A stretch of DNA of 64,000 nucleotides from an uncultured Acidobacteriota bacterium (lineage in GTDB: Bacteria > Acidobacteriota > Thermoanaerobaculia > UBA5066 > DATFVB01): positions 79,058-143,057 of the forward strand of contig CAWEYG010000001.1 in NCBI GenBank assembly GCA_963813155.1. The letters run 5' to 3'. This document shows positions 29,891 through 41,042 of this stretch, in pieces. The notes below the pieces were generated by a model that saw nothing but the letters and a program-made list of their open reading frames with translations, searched no databases and was not told where the DNA came from. The translations under genes were made by a program, and so were the position numbers. Numbering within the stretch: the stretch's first letter is position 1; each line of letters begins with the position of its first letter.

Positions 29891-30301
29891 TCAGCGGATT
29901 TGACGGACTCGATCTTTCATGATGCACCGGTCCATGGCGACGCCGACGCCGGCGGCCTCCAGCCGGCGAGCCGCCTCCGGATCGACGACGCCTTCCTGCA
30001 TCCAGAAGAATCGAGCCTTCCGCTCGATCGCCGGCTCGACGAGAGCGGCGACCGCCGCGGAATTGCGAAAGACGTCCACGATGTCGATGCCGACGCCGGC
30101 TGGAATCTCCAGCAGGGACCCGTAGCAGCGGCGGCCGAGGACCTCCGGATGATTCGGGTTGACGGGGATCACGTCGTAACCGCTTTCGATCAGGAACTGC
30201 ATGATCGAGTGGGAAGCTCGAAACGGGTTCGTCGACGCGCCCACGACGGCGATCGTGCGGGCGCTCGCGAGGATCTCGTGAATCTTGCCCGGCTCGTTCA
30301 C
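29891..30301 (-). CDS. CoA-binding domain protein (YccU-like)
   Basis: TIAVVGASTNPFRASHSIMQFLIESGYDVIPVNP...EIPAGVGIDIVDVFR. GTG start overlaps the tonB stop by 4 nt. Confidence 0.75.
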   Translation of the reverse strand: MNEPGKIHEILASARTIAVVGASTNPFRASHSIMQFLIESGYDVIPVNPNHPEVLGRRCYGSLLEIPAGVGIDIVDVFRNSAAVAALVEPAIERKARFFWMQEGVVDPEAARRLEAAGVGVAMDRCIMKDRVRQIR

Positions 30302-31384
30302 TTGAATTTCCCTTCTTCCCCCGGCCGGATGTTGTAGAAGAACGTGATCGTCACTCCCTCGCGATCCTCGTGCAGGTCCTTCGGCAACGGGCGAAACGGG
30401 CTCGAGGTCGCGATCGCCTGGAACGCGGCGTGGTCGTACGGCGGGATCGTCGAATCGCGCAGGATCTTCTCCGCCTCGACGCTGCCGTCCGCCCGAATGT
30501 AGAAGCGGATCGACAGCTTCCCCTTGACCCCCATTCTCGCCAGGTCCGGCACTTCCCAGTGCAGCTTGATCCGGCGAATCATCTCCTCCGCGTAGTCGCC
30601 CCAGTCGTACCATTGGGTGTCGAAGGAAATCGGCCCCGAGTCGACGAAGCCGCCCGACTCGTTCGGGTTCGGCGACCCGCCCTCTCCGGAGAACGGATTG
30701 CCCGCCGCGGCCTTGATCGCCCGGTTCAGGTTCGGCAGCCGCTGCGCAGCGCCCGGCGTGACCGAGACCCCGGACGGTGCCGTTCCCGCCGGTGACGGCG
30801 TCGTCGAAGACGAGGCCGCCGCGGACTGGGGCGAGGCCTGCGCCGGCGTCGGAGCCGAAGTCGCGGCCGAAGCGCGGCTGCCTTCCTTCCCGCGGGGTCC
30901 CGGGCGAAGGCCCTCGATGCCCGATTTCTGCGCGACGAACGGCGTCTCGGAGGGAGGCTTCGATTTGTCGCCCCCCCCGGCGCGGCGGGTCTTGTCCGAG
31001 GGCGCCGCGTTCCGGTTCGCGTTCTGGCGCGAGGGGCCGGGCGACTCGGCGAAGAACTTCACCGGAACGCGAAATTCCGCCTCGCGGGCTTCCCGGGCGG
31101 CGCGCATTTCCGCCGTCTCCCTGGGCGGCAGCGCGCCCATCGGGTGGAGGACCATGAAAATGACGAGAAGAAGGTGCAGGATGATCGAGATCAGGATCGC
31201 CCGCTCGACCGGGAATCGACGCTGGGGGTGCTCGATCCGTCTCGACGATTTCGTCGATCCGGGGCGCGGGAACGTCCTCGGGCCCCGGACGGCGCGAAAC
31301 GCCCGGCCTCGCCGCGGCCGCCCGCAGCCCGGGCAGGAGCCGGCCCACCTCGGCCTGTTCTTCTTCCTCTTCGACGCCGAACAC
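30298..31384 (-). CDS. tonB: TonB family energy transducer; 1-nt frameshift at a G5/C5 run (31224-31228) separates the N-terminal/TM part from the rest
   Basis: C-terminal TonB domain KLSIRFYIRADGSVEAEKILRDSTIPPYDHAAFQAIATSSPFRPLP. Pro/Ala/Ser-rich spacer. TM helix AILISIILHLLLVIFMVLHP preceded by PQRRFPVER lies in-frame upstream of the track ATG (31155) but has no in-frame start. Removing one C restores a continuous ORF from GTG 31384 (VFGVEEEEEQAEV...). Confidence 0.7.
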
Positions 31385-31441
31385 TTCTTCTTCTAACTCC
31401 AGCAGATCCTATTTTGTTTCCGGATGCCCCCGACTCGCGCC

Positions 31442-31471
31442 TTGCAAGCCCCGCAACACTTCTGATATAAA
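31442..31471 (+). promoter_or_regulatory. sigma70-type promoter (TTGCAA-17/18nt-ATATAA/TATAAA) at the head of the rimP-nusA-infB cluster
   Basis: cTTGCAAgccccgcaacacttctgATATAAAtg. The -10 element abuts or overlaps the first in-frame ATG (31471). Confidence 0.45.
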
Positions 31472-32034
31472 TGCCCAGCGCTTTGGAAAAGCGGGCTTTT
31501 CGCCCGCTTTTTTGTTCGGCGCTTTCGGAGGCGGAGACGAACGGTCTCAGCGAAAAAATTCGGGAAGAGATCCGGAAAATCGCCGCAGAGAGCGGGTGTG
31601 AGCTCGTCGCGATCGAATCGACCGGAACCGGCCGGTTCCAATCGCTGCGCCTGGTCCTGGACAAGCCCGAGGGCGGCGTGACCCTCGAGGACTGCGAACG
31701 GGTTTCGCGGGATGTTTCTCCCCTGCTCGACGCGGAATCGGGAATCCCGCACGCATACACCCTCGAGGTGAGCTCCCCCGGCCTGGACCGCAAGCTCTAT
31801 TCGATCGAAGACGCGAAGAAATTCGTCGGCCGGAGGGTCCGGGTGAAAACGGCGCTTCCCGTCGAAGGCTCCCGGAATTTCCGGGGAAAACTGGACTCCG
31901 TGGAGGGGGACGGACGGCTTCGGATCGTGGACGAAGAGAGCGGAAGAATCTATAATTTCAGTTTTCGTGAGGTTCAGGTCGCCCGCCTCGAGGTGGATTG
32001 GCCGGACTCGGGCGAGAGGCGAAAGAAGAAATGA
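31471..32034 (+). CDS. rimP: ribosome maturation factor RimP (start uncertain)
   Basis: LSEKIREEIRKIAAESGCELVAIES...LEDCERVSRDVSPLLD...YTLEVSSPGLDR matches RimP. The only in-frame starts upstream of the conserved N-terminus are ATG 31471 and TTG 31483. Both overlap the promoter/hairpin. Confidence 0.75.
   Translation: MPSALEKRAFRPLFCSALSEAETNGLSEKIREEIRKIAAESGCELVAIESTGTGRFQSLRLVLDKPEGGVTLEDCERVSRDVSPLLDAESGIPHAYTLEVSSPGLDRKLYSIEDAKKFVGRRVRVKTALPVEGSRNFRGKLDSVEGDGRLRIVDEESGRIYNFSFREVQVARLEVDWPDSGERRKKK
31487..31516 (+). terminator. terminator-like hairpin with U-tract in the rimP 5' region (candidate leader attenuator)
   Basis: aaaaGCGGGCttttcGCCCGCtttttTGTT lies 15-20 nt after the promoter -10 and before the conserved RimP N-terminus. 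Confidence 0.4.
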
Positions 32035-33530
32035 CAATGATCAACGATCTGGGTTCGGTGATCCGACAGGTATCCCGCGAGAAGGACATCGACGCGGAGA
32101 AGATGTTTTCCGCGCTGGAAGAAGCGATGGCCGCGGCAGCGCGACGTTTCTACAAGGTCAAGGAGATCGTCGCCCGGATCGACCGCGAAACGGGCGAAAT
32201 CACCGCCTACACGCCTCGGCGGGTCGTCGACACGATGCCGGAGCCGCTTCCCGAACCGGTCGAGCCGGCGGAGCCTCTCCCCGAGGGAGTCGAACCGCCG
32301 CCGGACCCGGCGACGCTCGTCCTGCTCGACGACGCGAAATCCATCGTGCGCGAGGCCGGCGCCGGCGGCACGGTGCGAGTCCTTCGCCCGGGTCAGGATG
32401 GCGGCGAAGCGTACGAGGTCGAGGAGCCGGAGCTCGGAGACGAGCTGCGGATCTACCGCTCGACGGAAGGTCTCGGCCGAATCGCGGCGCAGAACGCGAA
32501 GCAGGTCCTTTACCAGAAGGTCCGCGAGGCCGAGCGCGAGCGCATCTACAACGAGTACATGCCGAAAGTCGGCGAGCTCATCAACGGCACCGTCAAGCGG
32601 TTCGAGCGCGGCGACATCGTCGTCGACCTCGGCCGGCTCGAAGCCGCGATCCCGCGCGACCAGCAGTCCCGCGCGGAGCGATACGGCCAGGGAGAGCGCG
32701 TCCGCGCCGTCATCGCCGACGTGCACAAGAACCCGAAGGGCCCGCAGATCGTCCTGTCGCGGACCGACCCCCGCCTGCTCATCCGGCTCTTCGAGATGGA
32801 AGTTCCGGAAATCTACGACGGTACGGTCGTCATCAAGGGCGCCGTCCGGCAGCCGGGAGAGCGCGCGAAAGTGGCCGTGCTCTCGCGGGAGCGCGACGTC
32901 GACCCGGTCGGCGCGTGCGTCGGAATGCGCGGCAGCCGCGTTCAGGCGATCATGCGCGAGCTCCACGGGGAGAAAATCGACGTCATCCAGTACAGCGACG
33001 ACCTCATCACGTTCGCGCAGAACGCCCTGTCTCCGGCGAAGATCACGCGGGTTTCCCCGATTCACCACGAGGACGCCCCCCTGACGCTGGATTGCGTGGT
33101 CGAGGACGAGCAGCTCTCGCTCGCGATCGGCAAGAAGGGTCAGAACGTCCGCCTTGCTTCCGCCCTCATCGGCGCGAAGATCGAAATCAAGAGCGAGGCC
33201 GAGGTCAAGGGCGAAGTCGCGGAAGCCCTCGGCCGAATGATTCGGGCGTCGCAGCGGCAGCAGACCCCGGTCGCCGACGTCCCGGGAATCGACGAAGAAA
33301 CCGCCGCGAGTCTCCGGGAAGCGGGGATCGAGAACCTCGACCAGCTGCTTTCGCAATCGACCGAGTCGCTCGCTCCCGTCGGCGACATGGGCGCGGAGAG
33401 GGCGCAGGAAATTTTGAACGCGGCTCAGGAGCTCGACAACCCGACTCCGGAGGAGGAGCCGGCGGACGAAGAGCAGGGCTCCGCCGAAGGCGAGCCCTTC
33501 GAAGAGCCCGCCGGCAAAGAAAAGGCGTAA
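32031..33530 (+). CDS. nusA: transcription termination/antitermination factor NusA
   Basis: N-terminal domain, S1, two KH domains, and one C-terminal acidic HhH repeat (GIENLDQLL). ATG overlaps the rimP stop (ATGA). Confidence 0.95.
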   Translation: MTMINDLGSVIRQVSREKDIDAEKMFSALEEAMAAAARRFYKVKEIVARIDRETGEITAYTPRRVVDTMPEPLPEPVEPAEPLPEGVEPPPDPATLVLLDDAKSIVREAGAGGTVRVLRPGQDGGEAYEVEEPELGDELRIYRSTEGLGRIAAQNAKQVLYQKVREAERERIYNEYMPKVGELINGTVKRFERGDIVVDLGRLEAAIPRDQQSRAERYGQGERVRAVIADVHKNPKGPQIVLSRTDPRLLIRLFEMEVPEIYDGTVVIKGAVRQPGERAKVAVLSRERDVDPVGACVGMRGSRVQAIMRELHGEKIDVIQYSDDLITFAQNALSPAKITRVSPIHHEDAPLTLDCVVEDEQLSLAIGKKGQNVRLASALIGAKIEIKSEAEVKGEVAEALGRMIRASQRQQTPVADVPGIDEETAASLREAGIENLDQLLSQSTESLAPVGDMGAERAQEILNAAQELDNPTPEEEPADEEQGSAEGEPFEEPAGKEKA

Positions 33531-36286
33531 ATGGCGAAGATTCAGGTACACGAACTGGCCCGGCAGATGGGCGTCGGCGACCGCGAGCTGATGTTCCTTC
33601 TGCAATCGATCGGCGTTCAAGTCAGCTCCGCTCAGGCGGACCTGGACGAATCGACGGTGCTCGCGATTCTCCAGGGCAAGACCCACGCCCCGAAATCGTT
33701 GATCGTCCGCGAGGAGAGCAACCGCCCCAAGACGGCGCAGATTCCGAAGAGTGCGCTCTCGCGAATCAAGATCGTCGACAAGCCCGCGGCCCCGGCCAAG
33801 AAGACCGACGCGCCTCCGCCGAGAAGCGGCGAAGCCCGTCCGCGTCCGCCGGCCGAACCGGCGAGGACGGCCGTCGTCACGTCCGAGCCCGAGGAACCTC
33901 AAAAGCCGGAAGCTCCGGTTCCTCCGGTGCCCCGCAGGATCGTTCTCCCCCCGAAGAGGCCCATCGTTCGCCCCCCCGTGCGAACCCAGGGAGCGCCGCC
34001 GCCCCGGCCCGCGGGGCCGCCGGGAGCTCCGCTCCGCCCGCCGCTTCCCCCGGGCCGCCCCGGAGTCTCGGCTCAAAGCGGCCGGCCGGCCCCCTCGGTC
34101 TATCGACCCGCGCCCGGAGCGCCCGGAGCGCGCATCCCGGGGGCCCGCGTGCCGGTTGGAGCGCCTCCCCGCCCGGGCGGCCGCCCGCTGCGGCCGGGAG
34201 AGGTCCCGACGCCGGTGCCCGAGGACGTCAAGTCGGCCCGGCGTAAGAAGGAAGAAGAGTCGAAAAAGGCCGCGGCGAAGAAAACCGGCGCGCGCCCGAA
34301 GATCAACGCGGCGGACGAGGTGGATCTGCGCGACTACGTCGGCGAGTACCGGGAAGACACCTACTCCGACATCACGCTGCCCCTGATCGACAAGAACGCG
34401 ACGCTCGAAGAGCCCGCCGGACCGAAGACTCTCTCGAAGTCCGCCCTGCGGCGGGCCGGAAAAGAGACCCGGCACGACGACACGGGCAAGATCGTGGAAT
34501 TCAAGAAAGCCGCTTCCGACCGGGCCGGTCTTCCTGTCCGAAGGCGTCACCGTCAAAGAGCTCTCCGAAAAGCTCGGGGTCCTCGGGCGCGACCTCGTTC
34601 AGAAGCTCCTTCGCCGGGGAATGATGGTCACGATCAATCAGACGCTGCCGGCGCAGATCGCCGTCGAGATCGCCCGAGGAGATCGGCGTCGAAGCCGCCG
34701 TCGTCTCGTTCGAAGAAGAGATGGAGCTCGCCCGGGAAGAGAAGTCCGACGCGAACTCGCCCGAAAGCATGAAACCGCGCGCTCCCGTGGTGACCGTCAT
34801 GGGCCACGTCGACCACGGCAAGACGTCTCTCCTCGACGCGATCCGCGAGACCAAGGTCGCGGCGAGCGAGGCGGGAGGGATCACCCAGCACATCGGCGCC
34901 TACCGCGTCGAGTCGAAGGGAAGCCCGATCGTCTTTCTCGACACTCCCGGCCACGAAGCGTTCACGCTCATGCGCGCGCGCGGCGCCGCCGCGACGGACA
35001 TCGTCGTGCTCGTCGTCGCCGCCGACGACGGAGTCATGCCGCAGACCGTGGAGGCGATCGACCACGCCCGGGCGGCGAAGGTGCCGCTCGTCGTCGCGAT
35101 CAACAAGATCGACAAGGCCAACGCCAACGTCGAGCGCGTCAAGAAGGAGCTCGCCGACCGCGGCGTTCTTCTCGAATCCTGGGGTGGAGACGTGCCTTCG
35201 GTGGAGGTCTCCGCGCTCAAGAAGGTCGGCATCGACCAGCTCCTCGAGATCATCCGGCTCGTCGCCGAGCTGCTGGAGTTGAAAGCCAACCCCGAAGGCT
35301 ACGCCCGCGGCGTCGTCATCGAGGCGCGCCGGGAAGCCGGACGCGGCAACGTCGCGACGATCCTCGTGCAGAGCGGAACGCTGAAGGTCGGCGACGTCTT
35401 TTACGCCGGCTCCGCATCCGGCCGGCTGAGAGCGATGACCGACGAGACGGGCAAGCGCCTCCAGACGGCAGGGCCGTCGACCCCCGCCGAAATCATGGGG
35501 TTCGAAGAGCTCCCGGCCGCCGGCGATCTCTTCCAGGCCGTCGAGAGCGAGATTCGCGCGCGGCAGATCGTCTCCTTCCGGAAGGAGAAGACCCGCGAGA
35601 AGTCGATGGTTTCGTCTTCGAAGACCTCGCTCGAAGCGCTCTTTTCCCGGATCCAGGAGGGCGCCGTCAAGGACCTCCCGCTCGTCGTGAAGACCGACGT
35701 CGCCGGTTCGGCGGAAGTCGTCACGGGAGCGCTCCGAAAGATGTCGAGCGACCAGGTAAAGGTCTCCGTGCTGCATTCCGGCGTGGGAGCGATCAACATC
35801 AACGACGTTCTCCTCGCCTCCGCTTCCGGCGCGACGATCATCGGATTCAACGTGAGGCCGGAAAAGAAAGCGGAAACCGAGGCGGAGAAGGCGGGCGTCG
35901 ACATCCGCCTCTACACCGTGATCTACAACATCACCGACGACATCCGAAAAGCGATGGAGGGCCTCCTCGAGCCGACGCTCAGGGAAGTGGCGCGCGGCCG
36001 GGCGGAGGTTCGGAACACGTTCAACGTCCCGAAGGTCGGCGTCGTCGCGGGCTGCTACGTCACCGAGGGCACGATCCCGCGATCGGCCCAGGTTCGGCTG
36101 CTTCGCGACAATCGCGTCATCTACGAGGGAAAGATCGGCTCGCTGCGGCGCTTCAAGGACGACGTCTCGGAAGTGAAGACCGGCTTCGAGTGCGGAATCG
36201 GCCTGGATCGCTACCAGGACGTCAAGGTCGGCGACATCATCGAAGCGTTCGCGACCGAGAAGGTCGCCGGCGTCCTGTCGGCGTAG
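33531..36286 (+). CDS. infB: translation initiation factor IF-2; two apparent +1 frameshifts (about 34522-34528 and 34676-34682)
   Basis: IF2 N-domain [15 protein letters not shown]. Pro-rich linker. Then in shifted frames [18 protein letters not shown]...[20 protein letters not shown] and [21 protein letters not shown]...[25 protein letters not shown]-domain through C2 domain to VAGVLSA. Both shifts lie at short G runs. Confidence 0.9.
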
Positions 36287-36296
36287 CGGTTCTTCT

Positions 36297-36584
36297 TTGG
36301 TCCTCGCGTACTCGGTCTTCGACCTGAACCTTCCGGGGTGCCGGGGGCTGAAGGAAAAGCGAATGGTCATTCGAAGCCTGAAGAGCCGCATCCGGAACAA
36401 GTTCGAGGTCTCGGTCGCCGAAACGAACCACCAGGACCGTCACCAGCGCGCGCAGCTCTCGGTCGCGGTGATCGGGCCGGACCAGCCGCCCCTCGACGCG
36501 CTGCTGCAGGAGATCCTTTCGTTCGTCGAGTCGAACTTCGACGGGCCGATCCTCGACTACAAGAACGAGTTCATCCATGTGTAG
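36297..36584 (+). CDS. DUF503 family protein (YlxP-like)
   Basis: TTG start. SVFDLNLPGCRGLKEKRMVIRSLKSRIRNKFEVSVAE aligns with the YlxP/DUF503 core. Sits between infB and rbfA as in Firmicutes. Confidence 0.7.
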   Translation: MVLAYSVFDLNLPGCRGLKEKRMVIRSLKSRIRNKFEVSVAETNHQDRHQRAQLSVAVIGPDQPPLDALLQEILSFVESNFDGPILDYKNEFIHV

Positions 36585-36590
36585 CGAGCG

Positions 36591-36968
36591 ATGAGACGTT
36601 GCATGACCACCGCCCGTCCGCAGCGCGTCGGCGAGCTCATCCGCGCCGAGATCGCGAACATGGTGCGAACCGATCTGCACGATCCCGCGATCGGGTTCGT
36701 CACGATCACGCAGGTCAACATGTCGCACGACCTGCGCACGGCGCGCGTCTACTTCTCCTGCCTCGGCGGCGAAGAGGAGTTCGAGCGCATCCGCGAAGGC
36801 TTCGACCGGGCTGCGGGATTTCTGCGCCGGGAGATCGGGCGCCGCTGCAAGCTGCGGTACGCGCCGGAGCTGCATTTCTTTCCCGACCATTCCGCCGAAA
36901 CCGGGGCGCGCATCGAGAGGATCCTCCGGGATAACCTGAGCGACGAGCCGCCGGACTCCGGCTCGTGA
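36591..36968 (+). CDS. rbfA: ribosome-binding factor A
   Basis: RVGELIRAEIANMVRTDLHDPAIGFVTITQVNMSHDLRTARVYFS, KH-like RbfA fold motifs. Confidence 0.9.
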   Translation: MRRCMTTARPQRVGELIRAEIANMVRTDLHDPAIGFVTITQVNMSHDLRTARVYFSCLGGEEEFERIREGFDRAAGFLRREIGRRCKLRYAPELHFFPDHSAETGARIERILRDNLSDEPPDSGS

Positions 36969-37894
36969 GCGGGGCGCTCTTCTCCAACGGAGCCCTCCTT
37001 CTCCTCGACAAGCCGGAAGGAATCACCTCGCACGACGCCGTCGAACGGGCGCGGCGCGCGACGGGCGTCAAGAAGATCGGCCACACGGGAACGCTCGACC
37101 CGATGGCGACCGGCCTGCTCGTGCTCTGCTGCGGCCGCGCCGCGCGGCTCCAGGGCTTCTTCACCGGCCTGCCGAAGACCTACGAGGGAACGATCACGCT
37201 GGGCCGCGCGACGACGACCTACGACGCGGCGGGCGAGACGACGGCCGAGCTCGCGTCGCCGCCGGCATTCTCGAAGGAACAGATCGAACGCGCCGCGTCG
37301 GAATTCCGCGGGGAGTTCGAACAATCGCCGCCGCCGTACTCGGCCAAGAAGGTCGGCGGCCGAAAGTTCTACGAGATGGCGCGGAAGGGCGAGGCCGTTC
37401 CGTCGGCGCCGAAGCGGGTCGTCGTCACCCGCTTCGACCTCGAGGACGGCGGCGGCAACGACCGGAAGTTCGTTCTCTCGTGCTCTTCGGGCACCTACGT
37501 CCGCTCGATCGCGCACGAGCTCGGGGCCCGGCTCGGCTGCGGGGGCCACCTGTCGGCGCTTCGCCGGTCGAGGGTCGGGGACTTCGCGATCGAGGACGCC
37601 GTCCGGCTCGACGCGTTCGAGGAAATGGACGAGACGGCGCGAATCGCGGCGCCCCACGCGATTCCGCTCGCGGGCATCCCGTTCCCGTTCCCCCGGATGA
37701 CCGTCGCCTCGCTCGAGGCCTGGAAAATCCGGCGCGGACAGTCGGTCCCCGCCCGTGTCGAGGGACCCGACGGCGGCTGGGTCAGCCTCCTCTCGGCGGA
37801 CGGCGAACTGCTGGCCCTGGGGCAGATAGCCCCGATCGGGACGGGTCGGATCGCCATGATCCGGCCCCGGATCGTGCTGGCGGAAGAGGGCTGA
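36965..37894 (+). CDS. truB: tRNA pseudouridine(55) synthase TruB
   Basis: LLLDKPEGITSHDAVERARR...KIGHTGTLDPMATGLLVLCCG, catalytic Asp in the HTGTLDP context. PUA-like C-terminus. GTG overlaps the rbfA stop. Confidence 0.9.
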   Translation: MSGALFSNGALLLLDKPEGITSHDAVERARRATGVKKIGHTGTLDPMATGLLVLCCGRAARLQGFFTGLPKTYEGTITLGRATTTYDAAGETTAELASPPAFSKEQIERAASEFRGEFEQSPPPYSAKKVGGRKFYEMARKGEAVPSAPKRVVVTRFDLEDGGGNDRKFVLSCSSGTYVRSIAHELGARLGCGGHLSALRRSRVGDFAIEDAVRLDAFEEMDETARIAAPHAIPLAGIPFPFPRMTVASLEAWKIRRGQSVPARVEGPDGGWVSLLSADGELLALGQIAPIGTGRIAMIRPRIVLAEEG

Positions 37895-37971
37895 ATCTGA
37901 TACGCTTTCTGGCTGTTGAAAAGTGAGAGTTTGAGTATAGAGAGGCTCCTGAAAGAGCCACGGAGGAACCG

Positions 37972-38247
37972 TTGAGCGTCACGGCATATCGGGAAACGAA
38001 ACCCGAGATCATTCACGATTATCGAACCCACGAACAGGACACCGGATCGCCCGAAGTTCAGATCGCCCTGCTCTCGAATCGAATCGCCTACCTGACCGAC
38101 CATTTCAAGTCCCACGCCAAGGATCACCATTCGCGGCGCGGGTTGCTGATGCTGGTCGGGCGGAGGCGGCGCCTTCTCGAGTACCTGAAGAAGAAGGACG
38201 GCGAGCGGTACCACCGTCTGATCGATCGTCTCGGTCTCCGAAAGTAA
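37972..38247 (+). CDS. rpsO: 30S ribosomal protein S15
   Basis: [78 protein letters not shown] start. Confidence 0.9.
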   Translation: MSVTAYRETKPEIIHDYRTHEQDTGSPEVQIALLSNRIAYLTDHFKSHAKDHHSRRGLLMLVGRRRRLLEYLKKKDGERYHRLIDRLGLRK

Positions 38248-38327
38248 GAACGTTCCGGCCAGCACTCCCCGCGCCGTTTCGGCGGAGGGCGCACGTGTCT
38301 GCCGACAGAGAGATGAAGGAATGAACA

Positions 38328-40517
<2,190 letters not shown>

Positions 40518-40547
40518 TCGAACCACCGCGTCTTCTTCAATTTACAC

Positions 40548-40578
40548 GCCGGGCGAGAGCCCGGCGTTTTTCTTTGGA
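40548..40578 (+). terminator. intrinsic terminator after pnp (GCCGGGC-GAGA-GCCCGGC + TTTTTCTTT)
   Basis: 7-bp GC stem with GAGA tetraloop and U-tract 30 nt after the pnp stop. Confidence 0.6.
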
Positions 40579-40588
40579 TGCCGCGACT

Positions 40589-40603
40589 TGGCACGCGCCG
40601 TGC
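40589..40603 (+). promoter_or_regulatory. sigma54 promoter (TGGCAC-N5-gTGCT) upstream of the DUF4398 lipoprotein/OmpA gene pair
   Basis: cTTGGCACgcgccGTGCTc. Perfect -24 element and conserved -12 GC. Lies 37 nt upstream of ATG 40641. Confidence 0.5.
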
Positions 40604-40640
40604 TCATCCCATGGATTGGATTCGAAAGAAGGAGATCTCC

Positions 40641-41018
40641 ATGAAACTCATCCCGACTTCGCTCGTCGGCTCGCTCGCGATCTTCGCATGCGCCTGCGCC
40701 TCCAGCGGCCCTCCGGTCAGCAATACCGAGATTGCGCAGGCGGAAACGGACATCCGGTCCGCCGAAAACGCGACCGCCACCCAGCACGCGAGAGACCTTC
40801 TGGACCGCGCCCGCGGCGATCTCGCGGCCGCGCAGCGCGAATGGCAGGATCGCCACTGGAACGAGGCCCGGCTGCGCATCGCCGAGGCCCGAGCCGCGGC
40901 GGGCGCCGCGGAATCCAAAGCGCGCGCGACTGCCCTTGAACAACAGGCCAACGACGTCCGCCGCGAATGCGACGACATCGAGCGGCGCACCCGCGAGCTG
41001 GCGCAACAGCCCCGGTAA
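40641..41018 (+). CDS. DUF4398-like lipoprotein (125 aa)
   Basis: Lipobox LAIFAC. Ala/Arg/Glu-rich helical repeats typical of DUF4398 proteins found next to OmpA-family genes. RBS AAGGAGA. Confidence 0.65.
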   Translation: MKLIPTSLVGSLAIFACACASSGPPVSNTEIAQAETDIRSAENATATQHARDLLDRARGDLAAAQREWQDRHWNEARLRIAEARAAAGAAESKARATALEQQANDVRRECDDIERRTRELAQQPR

Positions 41019-41042
41019 AAGACGAAAGCAAAAGAGGAAATC

